Assembly: GCA_029237735.1 (NCBI GenBank)
Contig: JAQZBU010000011.1
Location: 24,658 to 88,657, forward strand
Origin: Ramlibacter sp.
Lineage (GTDB): Bacteria > Pseudomonadota > Gammaproteobacteria > Burkholderiales > Burkholderiaceae_C
DNA length: 64,000 bases
Direction: 5' to 3'
Position 1 is the stretch's first letter. Each line of letters opens with the position of its first letter. The notes below the pieces were generated by a model. It did not search any database. It had not been told where the DNA came from and saw nothing but the letters and a program-made list of their open reading frames with translations. Both the position numbers and the translations under genes were made by a program. Positions 1 through 10,159 of the stretch are shown here, piece by piece.

Positions 1-390
1 TTCGCAGCATCGTTCCTCATCACCAAGGGGCTCACGCGCTATGAGCGGCCGGCGGTGATCGTGCTGTGGCAATCGATCACCGTTACTGCGCTCAGCCTGC
101 CGCTGGCCCTGATCGCCTGGCGTGCGCCCACGCTCGCGCAGTGGTTCGCGTTCGTGGCCTGCGGCATCCTGGGCAGCGCCGGACATTATTTCCTCACCCG
201 CGCCTTCAGCGTCGCCGACATATCGGCCACGCAGTCGGTGAAATTCCTGGACCTGGTGTCGGCATCGCTGCTGGGCTGGCTGATTTTTGCCGACCGGCCG
301 AGCCAGTCGACGCTGATGGGAGGTGTGATCATCTGCGCTTCGACGATATGGATCGCGCGGCGCGAATCGCGCAGCACGATAGCCCGCTAA
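1..390 (+). CDS. DMT/EamA family transporter (5' end outside window)
   Basis: Frame is open from base 1 (FAASFLITKGLTRYERPAVIVLWQ...); several hydrophobic helices and an EamA-like C-terminal half (GWLIFADRP...GGVII). Confidence 0.8.
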   Translation, partial: FAASFLITKGLTRYERPAVIVLWQSITVTALSLPLALIAWRAPTLAQWFAFVACGILGSAGHYFLTRAFSVADISATQSVKFLDLVSASLLGWLIFADRPSQSTLMGGVIICASTIWIARRESRSTIAR

Positions 391-441
391 CGCGGCCTGT
401 GCGCGCAGGCACAATGACCGCCTGCAACCAGCCCACCGAAG

Positions 442-1155
442 ATGCACACCACGGCGCTCGTCCTTTTTTCCGGCGGCCAGGACTCCGCCACCTGCTTGGC
501 CCAGGCGCTCGACAAATACGAGCGCGTCGAAACCATCGCTTTTGACTATGGGCAGCGGCATCGCATCGAGCTGGATGCGCGCGTGCAGGTGCTGCACGCC
601 CTGCGTGAGCAATTCCCGGCGTGGGCACTCAAGCTCGGGGACGATCATCTGCTCGACCTCTCCGTGCTGGGCCAGGTCAGCGAGACATCGCTCACGCGCG
701 ACATGGAATTTCGCATGGAGCAATCAGGCCTGCCCAACACCTTCGTGCCGGGGCGCAACCTGCTGTTCCTCACGCTGGCGGCCGCGCTCGCCTACCGCCG
801 CGGGCTCGAGGTGATCGTCACCGGCGTGTGCGAAACGGACTTCTCAGGCTACCCCGATTGCCGCGACGACACCATGAAGGCCATGCAGCTCGCGCTCTCG
901 CTCGGCATGAACCGGCGCTTCCTGGTAGAGACTCCCCTCATGTGGATCGACAAGGCCGCGACCTGGGCTCTGGCAGAACGCCTGGGCGGCCACGCGCTCG
1001 TGAACCTGATCGTCGAGCACACCCACACCTGCTACCTGGGCGACCGCGATCATCGCCACGAATGGGGCTACGGTTGCGGGACTTGCCCGGCCTGCGAGCT
1101 GCGCCTGCGCGGCTGGCAGCGCTGGAGGTCTGGCCTCGCGACACCCCTCCCTTAG
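442..1155 (+). CDS. queC: 7-cyano-7-deazaguanine synthase
   Basis: SGGQDS PP-loop, FDYGQRH, TFVPGRN, GYPDCR and Zn-binding C...GCGTCPAC. Confidence 0.96.
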   Translation: MHTTALVLFSGGQDSATCLAQALDKYERVETIAFDYGQRHRIELDARVQVLHALREQFPAWALKLGDDHLLDLSVLGQVSETSLTRDMEFRMEQSGLPNTFVPGRNLLFLTLAAALAYRRGLEVIVTGVCETDFSGYPDCRDDTMKAMQLALSLGMNRRFLVETPLMWIDKAATWALAERLGGHALVNLIVEHTHTCYLGDRDHRHEWGYGCGTCPACELRLRGWQRWRSGLATPLP

Positions 1156-1176
1156 GGTGGGCACTCCGTGCCCATC
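1153..1176. repeat. REP-like palindrome (TAGGGTGGGCAC-TCC-GTGCCCATC)
   Basis: Hairpin between convergent stops; near-identical copy at 30063-30086. Confidence 0.6.
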
Positions 1177-1181
1177 AGGTA

Positions 1182-2936
1182 TCAAGCCTGCCGCAGCAAA
1201 TACGCCGTAGCCCCACCCCCTGGAAACTCCTCGAGCCGCCAGCGCCTGGCATGGAATTGATCCAACGCGGGACGGTGCGCGATCGACACAATCGCGCCGC
1301 CCTTGCGCTTCACCATCGCGACAAGCCTCTCGTACAGCGTGTGCTCCGCCTGCTCGTCCAGCGCGCTGGTGGCTTCGTCCGCCAGCACCCACGCGGGCTG
1401 CTTCAGGAACACGCGCGCCAGCGCGAGCCGCTGGCGCTCCCCGCCTGACAACTTCTGGCTCCACGCATCCTCGTCATCCAGCCGCTGCGCGAGCTGGGGC
1501 AACAGCGCGTCCTCGAGCGCGCGCCGCAGAGTGTCGTCACTGTACTTGCCGGCCGGGTCGGGATAAGCCAGCGCATCACGCAGCGGCCCATCGGGAAAGT
1601 ACGGGTTCTGCGGGATGCACATGGTATCCGCGGGAACATCCACCTTGCCCTTCGCAAAAGGCCAGATGCCGGCGAACGCGCGGAACAGCGTCGACTTGCC
1701 GCTGCCGGACGGGCCCTTCACCAGCACGGAGTCGCCGGCCGCCACGCGCAGCGAAAGGCCGGAGAGCAGCACCGCGCCGGTGGGCAGCTCCAGCGTGAGA
1801 TCGTGCGCGGCCAGCGCACTCGATCCAGCAGTCACTTGGGGGCGCTCCGCACTCGCCTGCGCGGCCACACTCTCCTCAAAACTCGTGAGCCGGTCGGCGG
1901 TGGCGCGCCAGACGGCGAGGCGGTCGTAGTTGTCCACGAACCAGGCGAGCGAATCCTGCACCTGCCCGAAAGCCGAGGCGATCTGCATCAGTTGTCCGAG
2001 CTGGATCGCACCGCTGAAGAAGCGCGGTGCTGCCACCAGGAAGGGAAATATCAACGCGGCCTGACCGAAAAAGTTGGAGAACCAGATCAGGTTCTTCTGC
2101 GCCCGTATCAGCTTGAGATAGTTGGTAAGGACGGAGACGAAGCGCCGGTCGAGGTGTCCGCGCTCCACGCGCTCGCCCCTGTCCAGCGCGATGGCTTCGC
2201 TGTATTCCCGCACGCGCACCATGTGGTGGCGGAAGTCCGCTTCGTAGCGCTGCTGCTGGAAGTTCAGCGCGATCTGGGGCCGGCCGATGTAATGCGTGAG
2301 CACGCTGCCCACGATGCAATAGGCCACGGCGGCCCACACCATGTAGCCATGCAGCTCATATTCGCTGCCGCCGAAGCCGAAGACGAAACTGCCGGACAGC
2401 GACCACAGGATGCCCACGAAGCTCACCAGGGTGACCACCGCGTTCAACAGGCCCATCGTCAGCGACACGCTGTACGTCGTGAACAGATTCAGGTCTTCCT
2501 GGATGCGCTGGTCGGGGTTGTCGGGCGTGGCGTTGCCGGCCGAGAAGCGCCCCAGCTCCATGCGATAGAAGGCCTGGCCCGAGAGCCAGCGCTCCAGGTA
2601 GTGCGTCGTCATCCAGGCGCGCCAGCGCAGCTCCAGCAGTTGCGTGATGTAGAACTTGTAGACCGCTACGACGATGTAGCCGAAGGCCAGATAAGTCCAC
2701 CGCAGCAGCTGGTTCCAGAACTCCGCCTGGTCGCGCTTTTCCAGCGCGTCGTAGAACGTGCGGTTCCAGTCGTTGATGAGGACCAGCATGTACACGGCCG
2801 CGAGATTGAGCGCCACGATCGCCGCCAGCAGGGCCCGGGCTTTCCATTTCTCGTCCGAGCCGAAGTAAGGCGTGGTGAGCGCCCAGACCTTGCGGACCGT
2901 GCCCTTGACGGTGGCCCACTTTTCCAGCGTTTTCAT
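1182..2936 (-). CDS. Fused ABC transporter permease/ATPase (YddA / BacA-like ABCD family)
   Basis: N-terminal TM domain with DNPDQRIQED and EADFR; Walker A GPSGSGKST, LSGGE, LADEATS. Confidence 0.9.
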   Translation of the reverse strand: MKTLEKWATVKGTVRKVWALTTPYFGSDEKWKARALLAAIVALNLAAVYMLVLINDWNRTFYDALEKRDQAEFWNQLLRWTYLAFGYIVVAVYKFYITQLLELRWRAWMTTHYLERWLSGQAFYRMELGRFSAGNATPDNPDQRIQEDLNLFTTYSVSLTMGLLNAVVTLVSFVGILWSLSGSFVFGFGGSEYELHGYMVWAAVAYCIVGSVLTHYIGRPQIALNFQQQRYEADFRHHMVRVREYSEAIALDRGERVERGHLDRRFVSVLTNYLKLIRAQKNLIWFSNFFGQAALIFPFLVAAPRFFSGAIQLGQLMQIASAFGQVQDSLAWFVDNYDRLAVWRATADRLTSFEESVAAQASAERPQVTAGSSALAAHDLTLELPTGAVLLSGLSLRVAAGDSVLVKGPSGSGKSTLFRAFAGIWPFAKGKVDVPADTMCIPQNPYFPDGPLRDALAYPDPAGKYSDDTLRRALEDALLPQLAQRLDDEDAWSQKLSGGERQRLALARVFLKQPAWVLADEATSALDEQAEHTLYERLVAMVKRKGGAIVSIAHRPALDQFHARRWRLEEFPGGGATAYLLRQA

Positions 2937-2991
2937 GCGACATGCCCTTCCAATGACCGGGCATCGTAGCGCGCCTCACGCGCACGCGGGC

Positions 2992-3909
2992 CTATTTGGA
3001 ACGGGGCAGGCGCTGCACGTTCGAGATGCCGCTGGCGACATGGCCCGAGGGCACATGCCGCGCGGCGTGATCCACATGGCCGGTCTGGTCGTCGAAGAAG
3101 AAATCGGGCTCGAACTCGCGCAGGAACTCGCCCTTGGGCAGCCCGCCCAGGAACATCGCCTCGTCCACGCGGATGTCCCAGTTCATCAGCGTGCGGATAG
3201 CGCGCTCGTGCGCCGGGGCGCTGCGCGCCGTCACCAGGGCGGTGCGGATGTTCATCTGCGCGGTGCCGGCCTGCTGCAGGCGATGCAGCGCTGCGAGCAG
3301 CGGCTTGAAAGGGCCCTCGGGCAGCGGCTGCGCCGCCTTGGAGAGCTCGTGCTGCTGGAAAGCATCCAGCCCCTGCGCCTGGAATACGCGCTCGGCCTCG
3401 TCGGAGAACAGCACGGCGTCGCCGTCGAAGGCGATCCGCACTTCGTTCGGGTAGTTGCTGCCGGCCAGGACCGATTCGGTCAGCACGCGGGCGGCGGGAA
3501 ACCCGGCGGCCAGCGCCTCGCGAACATCATCGGCATTGGCCGACAGGAACAGATGCGCGCCGAGCGGCCTCAGGTAGCGAAACGGCGAGCGCCCTTGCGT
3601 GAACACTCCGCGCTGCAGCGTGATCTGGTTGGCCAGCCCGGAGCGGAAAATGCGCATGCCCGACACCGGGTCGTTGCGCGAGAGGATCACCACTTCGACC
3701 CGCTGCGTTGTCGTGTCGTTGAACGCAAGCAGCTTCTTGATCAACGAGAAGGCAATGCCAGGACCGGCCGGCAAGTCCAGCCGCTCGAACTGCAGCCTCA
3801 TGTACTCCTGCGGGTTGCCGGAATCGTAGACCCGGTTCTCTTCTTCGAGGTTGAAGAGCGCGCGCGACGAGATGGCAACCACCAGCTTGTTGTCGAGTGT
3901 GACGGCCAT
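2992..3909 (-). CDS. 5'-nucleotidase (cN-I-like, HAD fold)
   Basis: VAISSRALF, RIAFDGDAVLF, LVTARSAPAHER and FFDDQ motifs. Confidence 0.88.
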   Translation of the reverse strand: MAVTLDNKLVVAISSRALFNLEEENRVYDSGNPQEYMRLQFERLDLPAGPGIAFSLIKKLLAFNDTTTQRVEVVILSRNDPVSGMRIFRSGLANQITLQRGVFTQGRSPFRYLRPLGAHLFLSANADDVREALAAGFPAARVLTESVLAGSNYPNEVRIAFDGDAVLFSDEAERVFQAQGLDAFQQHELSKAAQPLPEGPFKPLLAALHRLQQAGTAQMNIRTALVTARSAPAHERAIRTLMNWDIRVDEAMFLGGLPKGEFLREFEPDFFFDDQTGHVDHAARHVPSGHVASGISNVQRLPRSK

Positions 3910-3911
3910 GA

Positions 3912-5144
3912 CTACTTGACAAACTGGTTGAGCTGGATGATCGGCAAGAGCACCGCCAGCACGATCAGCATCACCACGAAACCCATCGCGACGATCAGCA
4001 AGGGCTCCAGGATGGTGGCCATCTGCATGGCCCGGCGCTGCACTTCCGCGCCCAGCTGGTTGGCCGCGCGCTGCAGCATTACGGGAAGCTGCCCCGTCTG
4101 TTCGCCCAACCGCGCGAACATCGGCAACAAGCCGGGAAAGCGCTTCTTCTGCGCGATGGCCGACGCGAGCGGCGCGCCTTCGCGCACCAGTACCAGCGCA
4201 TCCATCGCGTCGGCGCGCATCGCGCGGTTGCTCAGGGTCTCGGCCGCGGCCTGCAGGGCCTTGAGGATGGGCACGCCCGCGCCCGCGAGCATGGCCAGGG
4301 TGCTGGCGAAACGCGCCGCGTTGTAGCCGCGAGAGAGCCTGCCCACCAGCGGCAGCTTGAGCCAGCCGGCGTCGAAGCGCTCGCGCGTCGCCTCATTGCG
4401 AAGTGCCAGGCGCAGTGCCACGGTGCCTGCGGCCAAAAGCAAAGCAACCAGCCAGCCCCAGTTGCGCACCAGGTCGCTCACCGTCAGCATGGCCACCGTG
4501 AGGAAGGGCAGCGAGCGCTTGGTGCCCGCGAATACGTTCGCTACCTGCGGCACGACATAGGCCACGAGGAACAGCACGATCGCAATGGCCACCACCGTCA
4601 CGATCGCCGGGTACAGCGCCGCGCCCAGCAGCTTGGCCTGCAAGGCCTGCCGCTCCTCGAGGTCGTCCGCCAGACGGTCCAGGACCAGGCCGAGGTTGCC
4701 GCTTTGCTCGCCCGCACCGACGACGGCGATGTAGATATCCGGGAACTCGCGCGGAAAGCGGCCCAACGCTTTCGCGAAGGGCGAGCCGGCATTGACCTCG
4801 GCGCGCAGCGCGGCGACCAGGTGCCGCTCGCGCTCGTTTTCCGTTTCGTCCGTCAGGGCCGTGAGCGCGCGCTCCAGCGGCAGGCCTGACGTGACTAGCC
4901 CGGCCAGCTGCCGCGTCCACACCGCCAGGCCCGTGCCCGAGAAGATCGCCCGGCTGAAGGTGCGCTCGCTCCAGCCGAGACCCTGTTCGTTCGCGGCGAC
5001 GCCAGAGCTGACGGGGACGACCTCCAGCGGCACCAGCGCCTGCGCCCGCAGCAAGCCGCGCACCGCTTTGGCGGTGTCGGCCTCCATGACGCCGCGGCGG
5101 GTTTCACCCTGGGCGTCCAGGGCTTCGAAGGAATAGGCTGGCAT
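3912..5144 (-). CDS. gspF: Type II secretion inner-membrane platform protein F
   Basis: MPAYSFEALD start, two T2SSF repeats (GEQSGNL, ALYP, GEQTGQL, LEP). Confidence 0.93.
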   Translation of the reverse strand: MPAYSFEALDAQGETRRGVMEADTAKAVRGLLRAQALVPLEVVPVSSGVAANEQGLGWSERTFSRAIFSGTGLAVWTRQLAGLVTSGLPLERALTALTDETENERERHLVAALRAEVNAGSPFAKALGRFPREFPDIYIAVVGAGEQSGNLGLVLDRLADDLEERQALQAKLLGAALYPAIVTVVAIAIVLFLVAYVVPQVANVFAGTKRSLPFLTVAMLTVSDLVRNWGWLVALLLAAGTVALRLALRNEATRERFDAGWLKLPLVGRLSRGYNAARFASTLAMLAGAGVPILKALQAAAETLSNRAMRADAMDALVLVREGAPLASAIAQKKRFPGLLPMFARLGEQTGQLPVMLQRAANQLGAEVQRRAMQMATILEPLLIVAMGFVVMLIVLAVLLPIIQLNQFVK

Positions 5145-5178
5145 GGGGGGATTATGGTATGGGTCCCCGACCCAAGAA

Positions 5179-6789
5179 TCAAACCTGCCGCAACTTGAAC
5201 CGCTGCAGCTTGCCGGTCTCGGTGCGCGGGAGGCTGGGCAGGAACTCGATCTCGCGCGGGTACTTGAACGGCGCGATGCTTCCCTTCACGTGGTCCTGCA
5301 GGATCTTCGCCATCGCGGCGTCCGGCGCGTAGCCGGGCTTGAGCACGCAGAACGCCTTGACGATCATGCCTCGTTCGTCGTCGGGCTTGCCGACGACGCC
5401 GCACTCGGCCACGGCCGGATGCCTCAGCAGCGCATCCTCGACTTCCGGGCCACCCACGTTGTAGCCGGCGGTGATGATCATGTCGTCGGCGCGCGCCTGG
5501 TAGAAGAAGTAGCCGTCGTCGTCCTGCATGAAGGCGTCGCCCGGATAGTTCCAGCCGTCCTTCACGTAATTGGCCTGGCGCGGATCGTCCAGGTATTTGC
5601 AGCCCGTCGGCCCGACGACGGCGAGCTTGCCGATGGTGCCGCGCGGCACCTCCCTGCCGTCGTCGTCCACCACCTTGGCCGTGTAGCCCGGCACGACCTT
5701 GCCGATGGCACCGGGCCGCACGTCGCTGCCTGCGGCCGAGATGAAGATGTGGAACATCTCCGTCGCGCCGATGCCGTCCAGCATCTCGATGCCGGTCGCC
5801 TGCTTCCACAGCTGGCGCGTGGCATCCGGCAGGCCCTCGCCGGCGCTCACCGTGATGCGCAGCTTGCCCACGCCGTGCTGGCGCGCGAACGGCGCCATCT
5901 GCCGATAGAAGGTCGGTGCGGTGTAGCAGATCGTCGCGCCCGTCTCGCGCATCATGCCCACCATAGCTTCGGGCGTGTAAGGCGCGTCGGGGAAGTACAC
6001 GCTCGCGCCGGCCCACATCGGGAAGATCAGCAGGCCGCCCAGGCCGAAGGTGAACGCAAGCGGCGGCGAACCGACGACGATGTCGTCGGGCGTGGCGCGC
6101 AGCACATGGCGCGGCCAGGTTTCGCAGGACGCCAGCACATCGCGATGCGTGTGCACGGCGGCCTTGGGCTTGCCAGTCGTGCCCGAGGTGAACGCCATCA
6201 TCGCGATGTCGTCGGCCGCAGTAGGGCACGGCGGGAAATTCCCCTCCTTCTGCGCCGAGCGTACGGCCAGTGAGCCGGGCGCGTCCATGGAATTGAACGC
6301 GATCACCGTGCCGAGCACGGGCCGCTCCTTGCGCGCCAGCTCCAGCTCGTCCAGCAACTTGATATCGCACAGCGCGACCGTCGGCTGCGACTTGTCGATG
6401 ATGTCGCCGAGCTCGCGGGCGCGCAGCAGCGGCATGGTGGCCACAGCCACCAGACCTGCCTTCACGACGGCCAGCCAGGCGATGGCCAGCTCGATCGAAT
6501 TACCGCCGCGAAGCAGGACGCGGTTGCCGGGCACCAGGGCGAGGTCCTCGGTCAGCACGCGGCAGATTCGGTCGACGCGGTCGCGCACGTCGGCGTACGT
6601 CAGCGTGATGCGCGGCGAGCGCAGCAGCGGCCTGTCGCCAAACCCTTTGGCCGGCGCCTTGTCGAGCAGCTCCTCCACCAGGTTCACCTGATCGGGGAAC
6701 TGCAACTCAGGCAGGTCGTAGCGCAGCTGCGGCCAGGCGGAGCGGGGCGGCAGGCGGTCATGGACAAAGCGGTCTTGCTGGGCAGACAT
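5179..6789 (-). CDS. 2-aminobenzoate-CoA ligase-like AMP-binding enzyme
   Basis: FTSGTTGKPK, DGIGATEMFHIF, PRTETGKLQRF; AGGAG RBS 10 nt upstream of ATG 6789. Confidence 0.85.
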   Translation of the reverse strand: MSAQQDRFVHDRLPPRSAWPQLRYDLPELQFPDQVNLVEELLDKAPAKGFGDRPLLRSPRITLTYADVRDRVDRICRVLTEDLALVPGNRVLLRGGNSIELAIAWLAVVKAGLVAVATMPLLRARELGDIIDKSQPTVALCDIKLLDELELARKERPVLGTVIAFNSMDAPGSLAVRSAQKEGNFPPCPTAADDIAMMAFTSGTTGKPKAAVHTHRDVLASCETWPRHVLRATPDDIVVGSPPLAFTFGLGGLLIFPMWAGASVYFPDAPYTPEAMVGMMRETGATICYTAPTFYRQMAPFARQHGVGKLRITVSAGEGLPDATRQLWKQATGIEMLDGIGATEMFHIFISAAGSDVRPGAIGKVVPGYTAKVVDDDGREVPRGTIGKLAVVGPTGCKYLDDPRQANYVKDGWNYPGDAFMQDDDGYFFYQARADDMIITAGYNVGGPEVEDALLRHPAVAECGVVGKPDDERGMIVKAFCVLKPGYAPDAAMAKILQDHVKGSIAPFKYPREIEFLPSLPRTETGKLQRFKLRQV

Positions 6790-6803
6790 CTTGGCAATAC
6801 TCC

Positions 6804-7301
6804 TCATGCGGCCGCGTCGGCGCGCGCGGTGGCGTGGTCCTTCACCTTGCCGAGCAGGCGGTGCAGCGTCGCGACATCCCTATCGGTGAGGCCGGCGAAG
6901 GCGTCGACGATCCAGCCCTCGTGTTCCCGCGCCATTTCCTGGAACGTCTTGTGGCCCTTGGGCGTGAGGCGCACGCGATAGGCGCGCCGGTCGCCTTCCA
7001 CATCGACGCGGTCCACCAGGCCTTCGGCCGCCAGCTGGTCGGTGATGCCGGTGACGTTACCGCCGGTCACCATCATCCGGCGCGACAGCTCGTTCATCTT
7101 CAGGCCATCGGGCGCGCGCTCGAGCTGGGCCATCAGGTCGAAGCGGGGCAGGGTGGTGTCGAAACGCTCACGCAGTTGCGTGCGCACCTGCTTTTCGACG
7201 ATCTGGGTGCATGTGAGCAGTCGCAGCCACAGTCGCAGCGCTTCCGGGTGCTCGCTGTGGGCGCGGGCTTCCATGTCCATGGCCGGGATTCTTGTCGTCA
7301 T
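6804..7301 (-). CDS. MarR family regulator
   Basis: LRLWLRLL...TTLPRFDLMAQL...GGNVTGITDQL...DRRAYRVRLT winged helix; directly upstream of the ligase. Confidence 0.9.
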   Translation of the reverse strand: MTTRIPAMDMEARAHSEHPEALRLWLRLLTCTQIVEKQVRTQLRERFDTTLPRFDLMAQLERAPDGLKMNELSRRMMVTGGNVTGITDQLAAEGLVDRVDVEGDRRAYRVRLTPKGHKTFQEMAREHEGWIVDAFAGLTDRDVATLHRLLGKVKDHATARADAAA

Positions 7302-7308
7302 CTAAATA

Positions 7309-7322
7309 GTTTAGGTCTAAAC
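7309..7322. promoter_or_regulatory. Palindromic operator GTTTAG-GT-CTAAAC (probable MarR site)
   Basis: Perfect AT-rich inverted repeat just upstream of the MarR start; the assignment is inference. Confidence 0.55.
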
Positions 7323-7450
7323 AAAATGCTGTCAACCGGCATTCTCCCGCCGCGCGTTTTCCTAATGCTGCGCAACAGTGGGTAAGAAAGAGTCTCCGTC
7401 CTACAAATGCATAGTTGACGGCAGCGGCGCGGGTTCGCAAGAATTTGTGC

Positions 7451-8719
7451 ATGGACACACTTCTCCATCAGATCGAGGCGAAGTTGGCCGGTTTGCCGGT
7501 GCCGGTGGCCGTGGAATTGCCCAAGGGCAAGCGCGTCGGCCCCCCGTCGGCGGCCGTGACGCTGTCGTTCAAGGATTGGTCGGGCCTGGCCACCATGGCC
7601 GCGGGCCAGATCGGCAGCATGGCGGAAGATTTCGTGGAAAGCCGTGTCCAGCTCGAGGGCCGCATGCGCGACCTGATGGCCGTTGCCGCGCGGCTGCTGC
7701 CGGGAACGCCCGTCGCCAGCAACACGAGCTGGTGGACGCAGGTTCTGCGGCGCGCCAAGTCCCTGGCGCATCACTCGCCGCACAAGGACGCCGAGCAAAT
7801 CCAGTTCCACTATGACGTGTCCGACGACTTCTACGCGCTGTGGCTGGATCCGCGCCGCGTCTATTCCTGTGCCTACTTCCGCGATACTGGCATGTCCCTC
7901 GCGCAGGCGCAGGAAGCCAAGCTGGACCACATCTGCAGCAAGCTGATGCTCAAACCCGGTGAGCGCTTCCTGGACATCGGAGCCGGCTGGGGCGGCCTCT
8001 TGATGTGGGCGGCCGAAAACTACGGCGTCAAGGCAACGGGTATCACGTTGTCGAAGAACCAGCACGCGTACGTGCAGCGGATGATCGATCAAAAAGGCCT
8101 GCAGGGCCGCGTGCGCATGGAGCTGCGCGACTACCGCGATCAGGACGAGACGCAGGGCTTCGACAAGATCGCGTCGGTGGGCATGTTCGAGCATGTGGGC
8201 CAGGTCAACATGCCGGGCTATTTCGCCAAGATCCAGCGGCTGCTGAAGCCGGGCGGGCTGGTCATGAACCACGGCATCACCGCGGGCAGCATCGAGCCCG
8301 CCCAGCTTGGCGCCGGCATGGGCGCCTTCATCGAGAAATACATCTTTCCCGGCGGCGAGCTGCTGCACGTGAGCCACGTGCTGCGGGACATGGCGACGGC
8401 CGGGCTGGAGATGGTCGATACCGAAAACCTGCGTCCGCACTATGGACGCACCCTGTGGGCCTGGTCAGATGCGCTGGAATCGCAACTGGACGAGGCGCAG
8501 CGTGTGCTGGAGACGACCGGCAACGCCATCGATGCGGCGAAAGTGCTGCGCGCCTACCGGCTCTACCTGGCGGGCTGCGCCATGACTTTCGAGCAGGGTT
8601 GGATTGGGCTGCATCAAATTCTGGCCACGCGCCCCGACGGACAGTTGCAGACCTGCGCGCTGAGGGGGGCACAATCGGCCTATCCCTTCAACCGCGGCTA
8701 CATGTACGCCGGCAAATGA
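7451..8719 (+). CDS. cfa: Cyclopropane-fatty-acyl-phospholipid synthase family SAM methyltransferase
   Basis: HYDVSDDFYALWLD, YSCAYF, LDIGAGWG, SVGMFEHVG, YIFPGG. Confidence 0.88.
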   Translation: MDTLLHQIEAKLAGLPVPVAVELPKGKRVGPPSAAVTLSFKDWSGLATMAAGQIGSMAEDFVESRVQLEGRMRDLMAVAARLLPGTPVASNTSWWTQVLRRAKSLAHHSPHKDAEQIQFHYDVSDDFYALWLDPRRVYSCAYFRDTGMSLAQAQEAKLDHICSKLMLKPGERFLDIGAGWGGLLMWAAENYGVKATGITLSKNQHAYVQRMIDQKGLQGRVRMELRDYRDQDETQGFDKIASVGMFEHVGQVNMPGYFAKIQRLLKPGGLVMNHGITAGSIEPAQLGAGMGAFIEKYIFPGGELLHVSHVLRDMATAGLEMVDTENLRPHYGRTLWAWSDALESQLDEAQRVLETTGNAIDAAKVLRAYRLYLAGCAMTFEQGWIGLHQILATRPDGQLQTCALRGAQSAYPFNRGYMYAGK

Positions 8720-9042
8720 TGCTCTTCAAATTCAAATCCAAGGCGGCCGGTGACCTGATCATGCTCGAGCCCAACGGCCGCCGCGTGCTCGAAATCATCG
8801 GCAAGGACACCGGCCCCAAAGGGATCATCCTTCCCGAAGAGATGCCTGGCGCGATCAGCTCGCTGGAGGCCGCGATCGCAAAGGAAGAAGCCGACCAGCA
8901 GGCCCAGGCCGACGAGGCGAAGGCAAAGGGCGAGACGCCGCCGCACTTCGACGTGGTCTCGCTGCGCCAGCGCGCCGTGCCCTTCCTCGACATGCTGCGG
9001 CGCTGCGAGAAAGCCGGCAAGGAAATCGTCTGGGGGGTGTAG
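8716..9042 (+). CDS. DUF1840-like small protein
   Basis: MLFKFKSKAAGDLIM...SLRQRAVPFLDML...VWGV; ATGA overlap with the cfa stop. Confidence 0.8.
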   Translation: MMLFKFKSKAAGDLIMLEPNGRRVLEIIGKDTGPKGIILPEEMPGAISSLEAAIAKEEADQQAQADEAKAKGETPPHFDVVSLRQRAVPFLDMLRRCEKAGKEIVWGV

Positions 9043-9045
9043 GGT

Positions 9046-10047
9046 TTAGTCGATCTTCGCGCCGGAGGTCTTGACCACCGGGGCCCATTTCTTGTGCTCG
9101 GCCTCGATGTGGCGGGCGAATTCGGCAGGCGTGTTGCCGCTGGGGATCGCGCCTTGGGAGAGCAGCTTTTCCTTGATCGCCGGCGTGTTCAGCGCCTTGG
9201 CGGTTTCCTGCTGGATGCGGCTGACGATGTCCGGGGGCGTGCCGGCCGGCGCCAGCAGGCCGAACCACGACGTGGCGTCGAAACCCTTCAGCCCCGCGGC
9301 CTCGGCGACCGTCGGCACATCCGGCAGCGCTTCCGACCGCTTCAGGCTGGTGACGGCCAGGGCCTTGAGCTTGCCGGCCTTGATTTGCGGCATCGACGAG
9401 GGCAGGTTGTCGAACATCACGTCCATCGTTCCCCCCACCAGGTCCAGCATCGCGGGGCCGGAGCCACGATACGGGAAGTGCACCATATAGGTCCCGGTCA
9501 TGCTCTTGAAAAGCTCGCCAGCCATGTGGATCGATGTACCGTTACCGCTGGATGCCATGTTCAGCTTGCCTGGATTCGCCTTGGCGTACTTGATGAAATC
9601 CGCGACGGTGTTGATGCCCATCGACTTGGCTTTTTCCGCCGGCATGACCATCACGTTGGGCACGCCGGCCACCAAAGTGATAGGCGCGAAGTCCTTGATG
9701 GGGTCGAACGAGAGCTTGGAGTAGAGCGCGCGGTTGATGCCATGCGTGCCCACCGTTCCCATGAGCAGCGTGTAGCCGTCCGGAGCAGACTTCGCGACGA
9801 TGTCGGAGCCGACATTGCCGCCGGCGCCGCCGCGGTTGTCCACGATGAACTGCTGTCCGAAAGCCTTCGACAGTTCGGGCGCGATCGCGCGCGCCAGGAT
9901 GTCGGTGGTGCCTCCAGCCGGGAACGGGACGACGATCTTCACCGGCTTGTTGGGCCAGCCGCTCTGGGCGGCAACGGGCAGCGCGGCGCAACCGGCTGCG
10001 GCGGCGATCGCGCCAAGGACAAGGCGACGGTTCAATGGGTGCGTCAA
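9046..10047 (-). CDS. Bug/TctC tripartite tricarboxylate transporter substrate-binding protein
   Basis: [29 protein letters not shown]; TTG start with AAGGAG RBS; twin-Arg-like leader. Confidence 0.93.
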   Translation of the reverse strand: MTHPLNRRLVLGAIAAAAGCAALPVAAQSGWPNKPVKIVVPFPAGGTTDILARAIAPELSKAFGQQFIVDNRGGAGGNVGSDIVAKSAPDGYTLLMGTVGTHGINRALYSKLSFDPIKDFAPITLVAGVPNVMVMPAEKAKSMGINTVADFIKYAKANPGKLNMASSGNGTSIHMAGELFKSMTGTYMVHFPYRGSGPAMLDLVGGTMDVMFDNLPSSMPQIKAGKLKALAVTSLKRSEALPDVPTVAEAAGLKGFDATSWFGLLAPAGTPPDIVSRIQQETAKALNTPAIKEKLLSQGAIPSGNTPAEFARHIEAEHKKWAPVVKTSGAKID

Positions 10048-10112
10048 GGCGGGCTCCTTTAGGTGTAAGCCATTGTCGATGATTCGCCGCCGGCGCGCAG
10101 TCGCTAAAGGGC

Positions 10113-10134
10113 AAAAGCCGCCCTGCGGCGGCCT
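10113..10134 (-). terminator. Rho-independent terminator
   Basis: GCCGCC/GGCGGC hairpin followed by TTTT on the minus strand, after the 10160 stop. Confidence 0.6.
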
Positions 10135-10159
10135 CGGAAAAACCCGGAGTTGGAGACGT

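Noticed and set aside
442-1155. QueC as part of a Qat/Dpd-type defence or DNA-modification system
   Set aside because: Canonical length and motifs; no ATPase, TatD or dpd neighbours, and no preQ1 riboswitch recognised
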